A stretch of 12,367 nucleotides of DNA from Leptolyngbyaceae cyanobacterium CRU_2_3 (GTDB lineage Bacteria > Cyanobacteriota > Cyanobacteriia > Elainellales > Elainellaceae), in contig JAAUOQ010000080.1 in the NCBI GenBank assembly GCA_012034795.1, positions 1 to 12,367 on the forward strand. The letters are read 5' to 3'. Below, piece after piece: positions 1-9,674 of this stretch. The notes under the pieces are model-generated. The model did no database searches, was not told the DNA's origin, and saw only the letters and a program-made list of their open reading frames with translations. Every line of letters begins with the position of its first letter. Positions within the stretch are counted from its first letter, which is position 1. A program made the position numbers and the translations under genes.

Positions 1-961
1 CCTGCTGTAAAACCATTGTTTCATCTAGCCGGACTCGACCACTGTCTACATCTTGAAGTAAGGCCACCAGAATCGGCACCTTGATCGTGCTGGCAGCAGC
101 AAAGCTAGACTCACCATTAAGGCTGAAGGAATCTCCTGTGTCGAGATCCATTAAAAACATGCCCGGTGTCAAATCTTGGATTCCCTGCGTTAAAGGAGCA
201 ACTTTGGGGGTTAATCCTGACAGATTTTGTCCTTTTGCCAATAGCGCAGCCGCAGTCGATCGCACGAGTTGAAGATTGCTGCCTGCATCACTGCCAAAGT
301 CAGTAGAACTAGCGCGCTGGGTTGCCGCTATCGACGTAGGGCGCATGGCAGGATTCCAAACAGACAGAATGGTTCCAGCGATCGCACCCACACCCACACC
401 CAGAATTAGCAAGCGCACTAGATATAGCAGTGGTGAAACCGGGCGGCGATCGCGCTTGTTTCTGGGTTGGCGGCTCCGCTGAGTCGGTTTGCCTGCCGAA
501 TTGCCTATTGCCGGATTGCCTATTGCTGGATTGCCTATTGCTGGATTGCCTATTACAGGAGAACCAGCCGTGTGTCCTGATGAATTGCGCCGGGACGGAG
601 TGGTAGTTTTGTGATTCAAAGCTGGCTCAGCTAGCGGCAAAGGGCTATTGGCTGGGAGAGGTTTTCTAGCGGGTTTCTGCATCCCAGTAGAGCGCTGTGC
701 ATCCCCAAGACGAGGGTGGCTGGGAGAGCGATCGCCTTGTGGGTCTAGCTGAGAGGACGAGCCACGCTGAGGAGATCGGCGCTGCGAGGCAGTTCTGGAA
801 TCTAAAGGCGCACCTGGCGATCGCTGCCACCCTTGGGATGCCGCCGCATCAGGTCTTCCGTCTGAGGATCGAGAAGCTGCGGACGAACGGCGACGGGCTG
901 CCCTGCGACGCTGTAATTCATGGGAATGGCTCGATTCCAGCACAGATGATACCTCTAACAC
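1..961 (-). CDS. Class A beta-lactamase-related serine hydrolase, membrane-anchored. Only the 5' part is present; the C-terminus lies beyond the window start. The start codon is uncertain: GTG 961 or ATG 682.
   Basis: Hand translation of the minus strand (codon high-coordinates congruent to 1 mod 3) is open from 1006 down to position 1. It encodes ...SSFAAASTIKVPILVALLQDVDSGRVRLDETMVL, which carries the class A S-x-x-K active-site motif and resembles TEM [22 protein letters not shown]. This domain is preceded by a predicted TM helix (PLLYLVRLLILGVGVGAIAGTILSVW, about nt 370-440) and an R/S/P-rich low-complexity N-terminal region with (AIGNP)x4. The ORF track does not list it because it has no stop inside the window. 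In-frame ATG at 682-680; the frame stays open upstream to the stop at 1009-1007 through a 62% GC stretch. Confidence 0.55.
   Translation of the reverse strand, partial: MLEVSSVLESSHSHELQRRRAARRRSSAASRSSDGRPDAAASQGWQRSPGAPLDSRTASQRRSPQRGSSSQLDPQGDRSPSHPRLGDAQRSTGMQKPARKPLPANSPLPLAEPALNHKTTTPSRRNSSGHTAGSPVIGNPAIGNPAIGNPAIGNSAGKPTQRSRQPRNKRDRRPVSPLLYLVRLLILGVGVGAIAGTILSVWNPAMRPTSIAATQRASSTDFGSDAGSNLQLVRSTAAALLAKGQNLSGLTPKVAPLTQGIQDLTPGMFLMDLDTGDSFSLNGESSFAAASTIKVPILVALLQDVDSGRVRLDETMVLQQ
498..557. repeat. 15-bp tandem repeat x4 (GGATTGCCTATTGCT-like) inside the CDS. On the minus strand it encodes the pentapeptide repeat AIGNP x4.
   Basis: Direct reading: gaattgcctattgcc / ggattgcctattgct / ggattgcctattgct / ggattgcctattaca. 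Confidence 0.9.
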
Positions 962-990
962 AGATGAACTAAACTCAGATTCTGTCTGCC

Positions 991-1008
991 AACCATTGAA
1001 CAATGGTT
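991..1008. promoter_or_regulatory. 18-bp perfect palindrome AACCATTG-AA-CAATGGTT in the divergent region between the hydrolase gene and recQ. Candidate operator for a dimeric regulator.
   Basis: Seen directly. A CCAATGG half-site copy follows at 1012-1018. Confidence 0.3.
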
Positions 1009-1368
1009 ATCCAATGGCTGGCTTTAACACGTTATGCAACTCAAGTCAGCCCAGCTTGCACCTGTAAACCAGTGCGGCAGAGAGTCTGGGGTCGTTGCAG
1101 ATCACGTTACTTGCGTTTCTCGTCGCTACTGAACGATGGCTTCCAGGGATGGGCTGTCTATTTTTAGCAAGCTTGTCACTTTCTTGCAAGAACTCAGGGC
1201 AAATTGAAGGCAAAAGACATCAAACAATTCTTTAAAGTCAAACAATCCGCCATAGGATATCCCGGATCTAAGATAGCAGGAGGATGAATTTATAAAATTT
1301 CAAAGAGGAACTGTAAAGTCTGTTATCCTCGATCACTTGTACTACCCTTAGTATTAAAGACAAAGCGG

Positions 1369-1381
1369 TTTATGACTGGTT

Positions 1382-1390
<9 letters not shown>
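1369..1390 (+). repeat. Direct repeat TTATGACTG-g-TTATGACTG with a 10-bp period, spanning the recQ start codon.
   Basis: Seen directly: gtTTATGACTGgtTATGACTGtt. The same TATGACTG octamer is tandemly repeated at 5614-5643. Confidence 0.8.
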
Positions 1391-3653
<2,263 letters not shown>

Positions 3654-3666
3654 ACTTAAGGCAATC

Positions 3667-4481
3667 CTAGAACTGATCTAGACTTTCATACAGGCTGGGG
3701 AGCAGCCTGATAGTCCCCAAATTGCCGAACGACTGTCTCCACAATGTCAGGATAAAATTTTGGGCAAACTGACGAAATTTGCCAGAAGCAATCATGCCTC
3801 CCCAACAATGGAGCAAATGAACAGGCTGTTTCTCTAGCATCAGAGACGCAGCATCTAATGGAGAAATATTATAGGTCTTCGGCAGTTCCACAACGGAGAT
3901 ATGGGCAGTATGGAGCGCTCTGACCAGTGCTAACTGATCATGTTTGTGGAATTTTTCCATTCCTCATGCCATTGCTGAAATAGGATATCAACAGCGGGTG
4001 TATCTCGCCAAAGCATAACGCCACTATTAAACTGAGTCGTAGTTCCTGGAAGACAGTTCAGCGTATAGGTTTTCTCTTCTTGCCCAATGTGATCACATAG
4101 GCTGATCATGGGCAGTCGATCAACAACCATTGCCAAATCGGTTTGGAACAAATAGTCCCATAGGTCAGCAACAGGCTGGAGTGGCAAAATATCTGCATCT
4201 AAAAAGAGGGACTCTTGGTAAGGCGTAAAGGCATTTAGACGAGTTTTAATCTGCCTGGATGAGAAAGCACCGTTGCCAATTTCGTCGGCTGTTAGGAACC
4301 GGGGCGTAATTTGATAAGCATCAAGCGGCAGAAGTTTCAACAAGGGTTGATCAGAAATTAGGGTAATGGCGATCGCGGGTTCCTGTTTGCGTAAAGCCAT
4401 AGCACTAATCAAGGCTGCTTCAAGATAGTCCGTATTTGTAGTGGCACAGTAGATGACCCCTCGACTTTTCATATCAAACAT
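3667..4481 (-). pseudogene. Glycosyltransferase family 8-like (DXD nucleotide-sugar transferase). It is split by a frameshift at an A5 run (the T5 run on the + strand at 3952-3956).
   Basis: ORFs 3930-4481 and 3667-3960 on the minus strand. The N-terminal piece has LFLDADILP (DXD) and FNSGVMLW, cf. LgtC YLDIDVLV and FNAGVLLIN. The C-terminal piece has HDQLALV (cf. QDQDILN) and LHCWGG (cf. HYCGPAKPW). The minus strand reads ...gaatggaaaaattccac. Adding one A (A5 to A6) joins them as ...WHEEWKKFHKHDQLALV.... Confidence 0.55.
3691..3709. terminator. Perfect 7-bp stem with a 5-nt loop (CAGGCTG-gggag-CAGCCTG), 38 nt downstream of the recQ stop and inside the 3' end of the convergent gene. Possible recQ terminator.
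   Basis: Seen directly. There is no U-tract, so this is weak. Confidence 0.2.
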
Positions 4482-5199
4482 TAATATTCTGTATTGCTGG
4501 CGACTATTATTTCAGAGATAGAACCTCTCAGCATGTGATTCAGAACACTCGGAGGGATTACCAGTATAAAGGGATACTCGCAAGATGAAAGTATTAAGAT
4601 TTGACCCATAGATTTCTGCTTTCTATTTGGATGAGATATTGATTGCCACCGTTACTTTCCTGATTCAAGCGATAGAGAGATCGTCACGCTTAGAAGTTAT
4701 TTGGAATTGGCTTTAGAGAATCAATAACACTGCAAAACTTATGCACCACGCACTAATTTCCAGGTAGGAAGTTGATAATTTTTCACACCAGAATATGTTC
4801 ACGAAATTATCGGTAAAGGGGATAGTTCATCACCCAGTATGGGGCGTACTTCTCCAGGTTTTCGTATCAATCTATGGGAATGATAGCCCGATCGCCCTTC
4901 TTTCAGCCTACCTGCTATCTACCAGCGATCGAAACACATGAGGCTTTCCTAAAAGATGGAATAAATCACAGGTCGATATGAGAGTTCGGCTTGGTTGCAT
5001 ATCAGACCAACTTTCGCCTGAAACTTTTGCTACAAAAAGATCATCAATCAGGTTGTCGCATTGGTGATCCTTGTGTACAAGAGTTTGAGATATTCACGCA
5101 ACACAGCCATTCTGCCTCAGATTCTGCTTCATAATAGTTGGGCGATATCGTTTGGCGGTACATTGCCATTGCCCCCTGATCTCTGCCCATCTTTCACCT

Positions 5200-5619
5200 A
5201 TGCCTTTTATCTACGCTCGTACTGTTCGGTTTCAAGACACGGATGCTGCTGGAGTGGTGTATTTTGCCAATGTATTGTCCATGTGTCATGAAGCCTACGA
5301 AGCTTCCCTAGCAGCAACGGGAATTGACCTGAAGCGATTCTTTGGCAAAGGGGCGATCGCCATTCCCATCGTTCATGCCAGCGTTGATTTACGACAGCCC
5401 ATGTTTTGCGGGGAGCAGTATGCCATTCACCTTACCCCCACTCAACTTAGCCCTAGCAAATTTTCCATCCAGTACGCTATCTTTGCCTCAGATCCTCAAA
5501 CTCAGCAGATCAGTCAAGCTGCTACCATCCACATTGCCATTCAAACCCACAAGCGGACTCGGTCTGCCTTGCCAGAAGAAATTATCCAGTGGCTACACCA
5601 GGATGTGACTGTTGTATGA
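5200..5619 (+). CDS. Hotdog-fold (4HBT family) acyl-CoA thioesterase. Probably the cyanobacterial 1,4-dihydroxy-2-naphthoyl-CoA hydrolase type.
   Basis: MPFIYARTVRFQDTDAAGVVYFANVLSMCHEAYEASL... is a typical 4HBT N-terminus (the D-T-D-x-x-G-V-V motif). The ORF track starts at TTG 5152, but the in-frame ATG at 5200 gives the canonical length of about 139 aa. Confidence 0.6.
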   Translation: MPFIYARTVRFQDTDAAGVVYFANVLSMCHEAYEASLAATGIDLKRFFGKGAIAIPIVHASVDLRQPMFCGEQYAIHLTPTQLSPSKFSIQYAIFASDPQTQQISQAATIHIAIQTHKRTRSALPEEIIQWLHQDVTVV

Positions 5620-5643
5620 CTGCGTATGACTGCGTATGACTGC
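5614..5643 (+). repeat. 10-bp tandem repeat GTATGACTGC x3, overlapping the thioesterase stop codon.
   Basis: Seen directly: gtatgactgc gtatgactgc gtatgactgc. Confidence 0.9.
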
Positions 5644-5808
5644 TGCTTCTGCAACGCTTTAAAGTCTTCAGAAAAGCCTTCAGATCTTCAAATCTTCAAT
5701 GTTCTTGCCCTGCATCCCATCAAACCCTGACATTAAAATTGCTCAGCGGAGGTGCAGGTTTTCTATATTGGATATAGTGTTCCTGAGCCATTCGTGCCAG
5801 AGTTAGGC

Positions 5809-5843
5809 TATTGTTGAACAACTGTTGAAACACTGTTGAACAA
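5809..5843 (+). repeat. Three direct repeats of CTGTTGAACA at about 11-bp period, 140 bp upstream of argD.
   Basis: Seen directly: tattgttgaacaa ctgttgaaaca ctgttgaacaa. The TTGAACAA core also lies inside the 991-1008 palindrome. Confidence 0.8.
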
Positions 5844-5981
5844 AAGATTATTCAGCCCACAATTCCAAGGATCACGAAAGCCTTTCCAGGGCTATCTGAC
5901 ATTAAATTATCCGTTTTCAGTTTAATAGCCCCTCCATTTGGTTTTGCCCATTTTTCTTGTGTTGTTGCCCATTGTCCATTC

Positions 5982-7258
5982 ATGAGGAGTAGTTCAGTGA
6001 GTCCAGAAACCCTAGCGCCCGTGTCAACGCTGGTTACGCCGCCCACACCATCCAGTTCCACTGAATTTGACCAGTATGTTATGTCTACCTACGGGCGTTA
6101 TCCCATGACGCTAGAACGTGGATCAGGCTGTCGCGTTTGGGATACAGAAGGGCGTGCCTACCTTGATTTTGTGGCGGGAATTGCCACCTGTACGTTAGGT
6201 CATGCTCACCCCACCTTAATTGATGCTGTGACCCAGCAGATTCAAAAGCTGCACCATGTATCTAATCTGTACTACACCCAAGAACAAGGGGCATTAGCCA
6301 AGTGGCTCGTGGAGCACTCTTGTGCCGATCGCGCCTTTTTTTGCAACTCCGGTGCAGAAGCTAATGAGGGAGCAATCAAGCTGGCTCGCAAATATGCTCA
6401 TACGGTACTGGGGATTGAGCACCCTGTAATCATCACCGCCCATGCTAGCTTCCACGGGCGCACGTTGGCCACAATTACTGCCACTGGACAGCCTAAATAT
6501 CAGAAAAACTTTGACCCGTTAATGCCAGGGTTTCACTATGTTCCCTACAACGACATTGCAGCCCTGGAGGAGGCGATCGCCATCCTAGACGGCAACGAGC
6601 GGCAGGTTGCCGCCATCATGATGGAGGCACTACAAGGTGAGGGTGGGGTTCGCCCTGGTGATCGAGACTACTTCCAACGCATTCGTAAAATTTGCGACGA
6701 AAAAGGGATTTTGCTGATCCTAGATGAAGTTCAGGTGGGCATGGGCCGAACTGGACATTATTGGGGTTACGAAAATTTGGGCATTGAGCCAGATATCTTC
6801 ACCTCGGCTAAAGGACTAGGAGGAGGTATCCCCATCGGTGCCATGTTGTGCAAAGCTTTCTGCGATATTTTCCAGCCCGGAGATCATGCCAGCACCTTTG
6901 GCGGCAACCCGTTTGCTACAGGGGTGGCACTTAAAGTCTGCCAAACTTTAGAGCAGGAGAACATCCTGGCAAACGTTCGGGCGCGGGGTGAGCAACTTCA
7001 AAATGGGCTGAGGGCGATCGCTCAAAAGTATCCCGCTCTCATCTCTGAGGTGCGCGGCTGGGGCTTAATCATCGGTCTGGTACTCAATCCTCAATCTGAG
7101 CTAACCTCTAGCGATGTGGTCAAGGCGCGATCGCTCAGGGGGTTTTGTTGGTTCCTGCTGGGCCAAAGGTGGTTCGCTTTGTGCCACCGCTGATAGTCAC
7201 TGTGGCTGAGGTCGATGAAGTCTTACGGGCGATCGAGTCGGCAATGGCAGCAATCTAA
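5982..7258 (+). pseudogene. argD: Acetylornithine aminotransferase (class III PLP aminotransferase). There is a -1 frameshift near 7126-7129 at a HIP1 site. This is either genuine or a sequencing error.
   Basis: ORF 5982-7193 encodes ...YGRYPMTLERGSGCRVWDTEGRAYLDF..., ...LILDEVQVGMGRTGHYWGY... and FTSAKGLGGG.... After ...SDVVKA it runs into nonsense (RSLRGFCWFLLGQRWFALCHR*). The +2 frame then reads AIAQGVLLVPAGPKVVRFVPPLIVTVAEVDEVLRAIESAMAAI*, ending at 7258, which is the canonical ArgD C-terminus. Restoring one G in aaggcgGcgatcgctcag fixes it. An alternative start is GTG 5997, which is preceded by GAGGAG. Confidence 0.85.
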
Positions 7259-7275
7259 ACTCGCCCTAAATTCAC

Positions 7276-7314
7276 CCCCAAATCAGGGTATGCCGATCAT
7301 GCCCTGGTTTGGGG
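7276..7314. terminator. 13-bp stem with a 13-nt loop, positioned between the convergent argD and amidase genes. Candidate bidirectional terminator.
   Basis: CCCCAAATCAGGG-tatgccgatcatg-CCCTGGTTTGGGG. All 13 positions pair; 12 are Watson-Crick and 1 is a G-U wobble. Confidence 0.45.
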
Positions 7315-7318
7315 CGGC

Positions 7319-8274
7319 TTAATTAGACGTTTGCCGATTTTCACTGTCTTGAGCAGGTTGCGAGTAGTGATTCAGCAGGGTTAAAAACTTACGAGTATCA
7401 AAACTTCGCGGATCAATGCGGCTTCCGGAGCGATCGACACCTCGATGGGTGGCAATTCGGTCGTTGGGAATACGGGTTTTGGCAACTAACCAGGCTAAAG
7501 ATTGATACTGAGCGTCTGTATAACCGCTGTGATCAGTGGCGTTGTTGTGCCCATCGCCTGGACTTTCTAAAGAGATGTGGTAAGCGAAGTTATTGACCGA
7601 AGGGGGATACACCCGATGAGTCTGGACTGCTTCCAGTCCATTAGGCCCTTTGAATCCTGAGTTACCTGCCCCAAAAGCTCTTTTTGGGGCGGTACCACAT
7701 AAATTACTGTGCCGTTCTGCCGAATCAAACTGTGATAACTCACCTGATCATCTTCATTGGGGTGAGGGGTTTGAAAGGTATTAATCGCACTTCCAGCCGT
7801 ACCCACAGTTTCGTGCAGTACAATCAGGGGAGCGTTACGCACCGGACGACCGTTGATGTCTTTGGCATAGCGATCGCCAAAATTGCTAGAGTGAGCAGGC
7901 GCAATTTCCTGACGCGGTATGTAAGCGGGGCTAGGTGAGGCAGGAGATGGGGAGGGCAATGCTGCTGCTGTTGGAGATGTAGGAAAGGGAATGGTGCTCC
8001 AAACATCTCGGAGAATGTCTGGAGGGACTAACTCATCGGCACCTGGTATATCTAGAGCGTCTGGAGCATTGAGTCTAACGGGTATATCTGGTGTATCTAA
8101 GGCATCGGCTGCATCGGCAGGAACCTCAGCCAAATCTACCTGAACAGAAGGGGAGGCAGGGGTCAGGTTTACTTTAGCGATCGCTTGAATGCCGCTGAGC
8201 GCCAATACAAACAGTAAGGCGGACAATCCTACAGCGACCAACCGTAATGCTGTCGCTTGAATGTTGAATTTCAT
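7319..8274 (-). pseudogene. N-acetylmuramoyl-L-alanine amidase (amidase_2 / AmpD-AmiD / PGRP domain) with an N-terminal signal-anchor and a Pro/Ala/Asp-rich linker. A frameshift falls in an A5 run (T5 on the + strand at 7681-7685).
   Basis: ORFs 7567-8274 and 7319-7612 on the minus strand. Piece 1 carries MKFNIQATALRLVAVGLSALLFVLALSG (signal/TM) ... IVLHETVGT...VSYHSLIRQNGTVIYVVPPQK. The other frame continues RAFGAGNSGF...NNFAYHISLE...YTDAQYQSLAWLVAKTRIPNDRIATHRGVDRSGSRIDPRSFD. Adding one A to ccccaaaaagagc reconstitutes ...PPQKRAFGAGNS.... That places the amidase_2 consensus RAWHAG exactly at the junction. There is a good SD (GGGTGAGGG) before ATG 8274. Confidence 0.8.
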
Positions 8275-8441
8275 ACCCTCACCCCATTTTCCACTATATT
8301 TGCTTAACTCAATGACGCAATCAAGTCTGATTAGTTACAGCTTGCGCTGCCTAAAGCTAAAAGCTAATTAATTCAAACTTAGAACCTCCTTAAAGTTCTT
8401 GACTGTAACTTTCGCTGCTCAAATTTCTCGCCTACTCTCTA

Positions 8442-8500
8442 TACAATCTGGCTATAAAAATACAATCTGGCTATAAAAATACAATCTGTCCGGCTATAGA
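8442..8500. repeat. 19-bp tandem repeat TACAATCTGGCTATAAAAA x2 plus a diverged third copy, in the divergent amidase/pdhB promoter region. Each unit carries TACAAT/TATAAA -10-like hexamers.
   Basis: Seen directly. Confidence 0.85.
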
Positions 8501-8620
8501 TTAATCTAGTCAATAAATTTTGCGAATGAGTACAAATACTTTAATGAATTAGCACAGCAATTGGTTAAGATGCTAAGTTGGATAGCCTGAGTAGATTTAT
8601 CGCCCCCCCTTCCCCCTTAC

Positions 8621-9604
8621 ATGGCAGAAACCCTCCTTTTTAACGCCCTGCGTGAAGCAATTGACGAAGAAATGGCACGCGATTCCACTGTTTTAGTGTT
8701 GGGTGAAGACGTAGGGCACTATGGCGGTTCCTACAAGGTCACGAAAGACCTTTACAAAAAGTATGGAGACTTGCGGGTATTAGACACCCCGATCGCTGAA
8801 AATAGCTTTACTGGTATGGCAGTGGGAGCCGCGATGACGGGTTTGCGCCCGATCATTGAAGGCATGAACATGGGGTTTCTCCTACTAGCATTTAACCAAA
8901 TTGCCAACAACGCAGGCATGTTGCGTTATACCTCCGGCGGCAATTACAAAATCCCGATGGTGATTCGGGGTCCCGGTGGGGTAGGGCGGCAATTAGGAGC
9001 AGAACATTCACAACGCCTAGAAGCTTATTTTCAGGGTGTTCCTGGCTTAAAGCTGGTGGCTTGCTCTACCCCTTACAATGCCAAAGGCTTGCTGAAAGCT
9101 GCCATCCGAGACGATAATCCAGTGCTGTTCTTTGAACATGTGCTGCTCTACAATCTGAAAGAAGATTTGCCAGAGAAAGAGTATATCTTGCCTCTAGACA
9201 AGGCCGAAATGGTGCGGCAGGGCAAAGATGTCACTATCCTCACTTACTCTCGGATGCGGCACCACTGCACTACTGCGGTTAAAACCCTGGAAAAGCAAGG
9301 CTACGATCCAGAGATTATTGACCTGATTTCTCTCAAGCCCCTCGACTTTGAGACAATCGGTGCGTCTATCCGCAAAACCCATCATGTCATCATCGTCGAA
9401 GAATGTATGCGATCGGGCGGTATTGGGGCAGAACTGACGGCTTCTATTAACGATCGCCTGTTTGATGAACTGGATGCACCGGTTCTCCGGCTGGCCTCTC
9501 AAGATATTCCTACTCCCTACAACGGCACACTAGAGAACCTAACGATCGTGCAGCCGCAGCAAATTGTGGAAGCGGTACAAAAGATGGTGGCGCTGAGGGT
9601 TTAG
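8621..9604 (+). CDS. pdhB: Pyruvate dehydrogenase E1 component beta subunit.
   Basis: 327-aa intact ORF with the typical E1-beta sequence throughout: [79 protein letters not shown]. Confidence 0.92.
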   Translation: MAETLLFNALREAIDEEMARDSTVLVLGEDVGHYGGSYKVTKDLYKKYGDLRVLDTPIAENSFTGMAVGAAMTGLRPIIEGMNMGFLLLAFNQIANNAGMLRYTSGGNYKIPMVIRGPGGVGRQLGAEHSQRLEAYFQGVPGLKLVACSTPYNAKGLLKAAIRDDNPVLFFEHVLLYNLKEDLPEKEYILPLDKAEMVRQGKDVTILTYSRMRHHCTTAVKTLEKQGYDPEIIDLISLKPLDFETIGASIRKTHHVIIVEECMRSGGIGAELTASINDRLFDELDAPVLRLASQDIPTPYNGTLENLTIVQPQQIVEAVQKMVALRV

Positions 9605-9623
9605 CTTATGGCTGCGCTGGGGC

Positions 9624-9674
9624 GTCGCCTTCGCAAAATGGTCGCCTTTGCAAAATGGTCGCCTTTGCAAAATA
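9624..9674. repeat. 17-bp tandem repeat GTCGCCTT(C/T)GCAAAATG x3, immediately after the pdhB stop. Units 2 and 3 each contain the 8-bp palindrome TTTGCAAA.
   Basis: Seen directly. Confidence 0.9.

Noticed and set aside
697-972. + strand 91-aa ORF (MHPQDEGGWESDRLVGL...)
   Set aside because: It lies in the GC-rich stretch that is in frame, on the opposite strand, with the downstream beta-lactamase-like gene. It has no recognisable motif and no start context. I consider it a shadow ORF of the minus-strand N-terminal extension, though this is not certain.
1278-1295. AGGAGGA followed by ATG AAT TTA TAA mini-ORF upstream of recQ
   Set aside because: It is only 3 codons. It could be a chance SD-like purine run, and it has no supporting structure.
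1100-1381. Cyanobacterial LexA box or NtcA site upstream of recQ (gtactacccttagtat)
   Set aside because: It has GTAC...GTAT in direct rather than inverted orientation, and it does not fit RGTAC-N3-DGTWCB or GTA-N8-TAC.
5061-5608. ORFs 5061-5291 (+) and 5342-5608 (+), overlapping the thioesterase gene in other frames
   Set aside because: They are out of frame with a well-supported hotdog thioesterase and have low-complexity, unconvincing sequences.
5852-6061. Minus-strand 69-aa ORF across the argD start
   Set aside because: It overlaps the argD N-terminus and promoter and has no motif. It is likely spurious.
7684-8006. ORFs 7684-7938 (+) and 7824-8006 (-) inside the amidase gene
   Set aside because: They are shadow ORFs within the Pro/Ala-rich linker region of the amidase. 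The second is a poly-Q/H/L low-complexity sequence.
9194-9502. Minus-strand 102-aa ORF inside pdhB
   Set aside because: It is antisense to an intact, highly conserved pdhB.
8442-9674. Possibility that the short tandem arrays are CRISPR repeats
   Set aside because: The units are 17-19 bp with 2-3 copies, directly abutting, with no unique spacers and no cas genes. They are not CRISPR.
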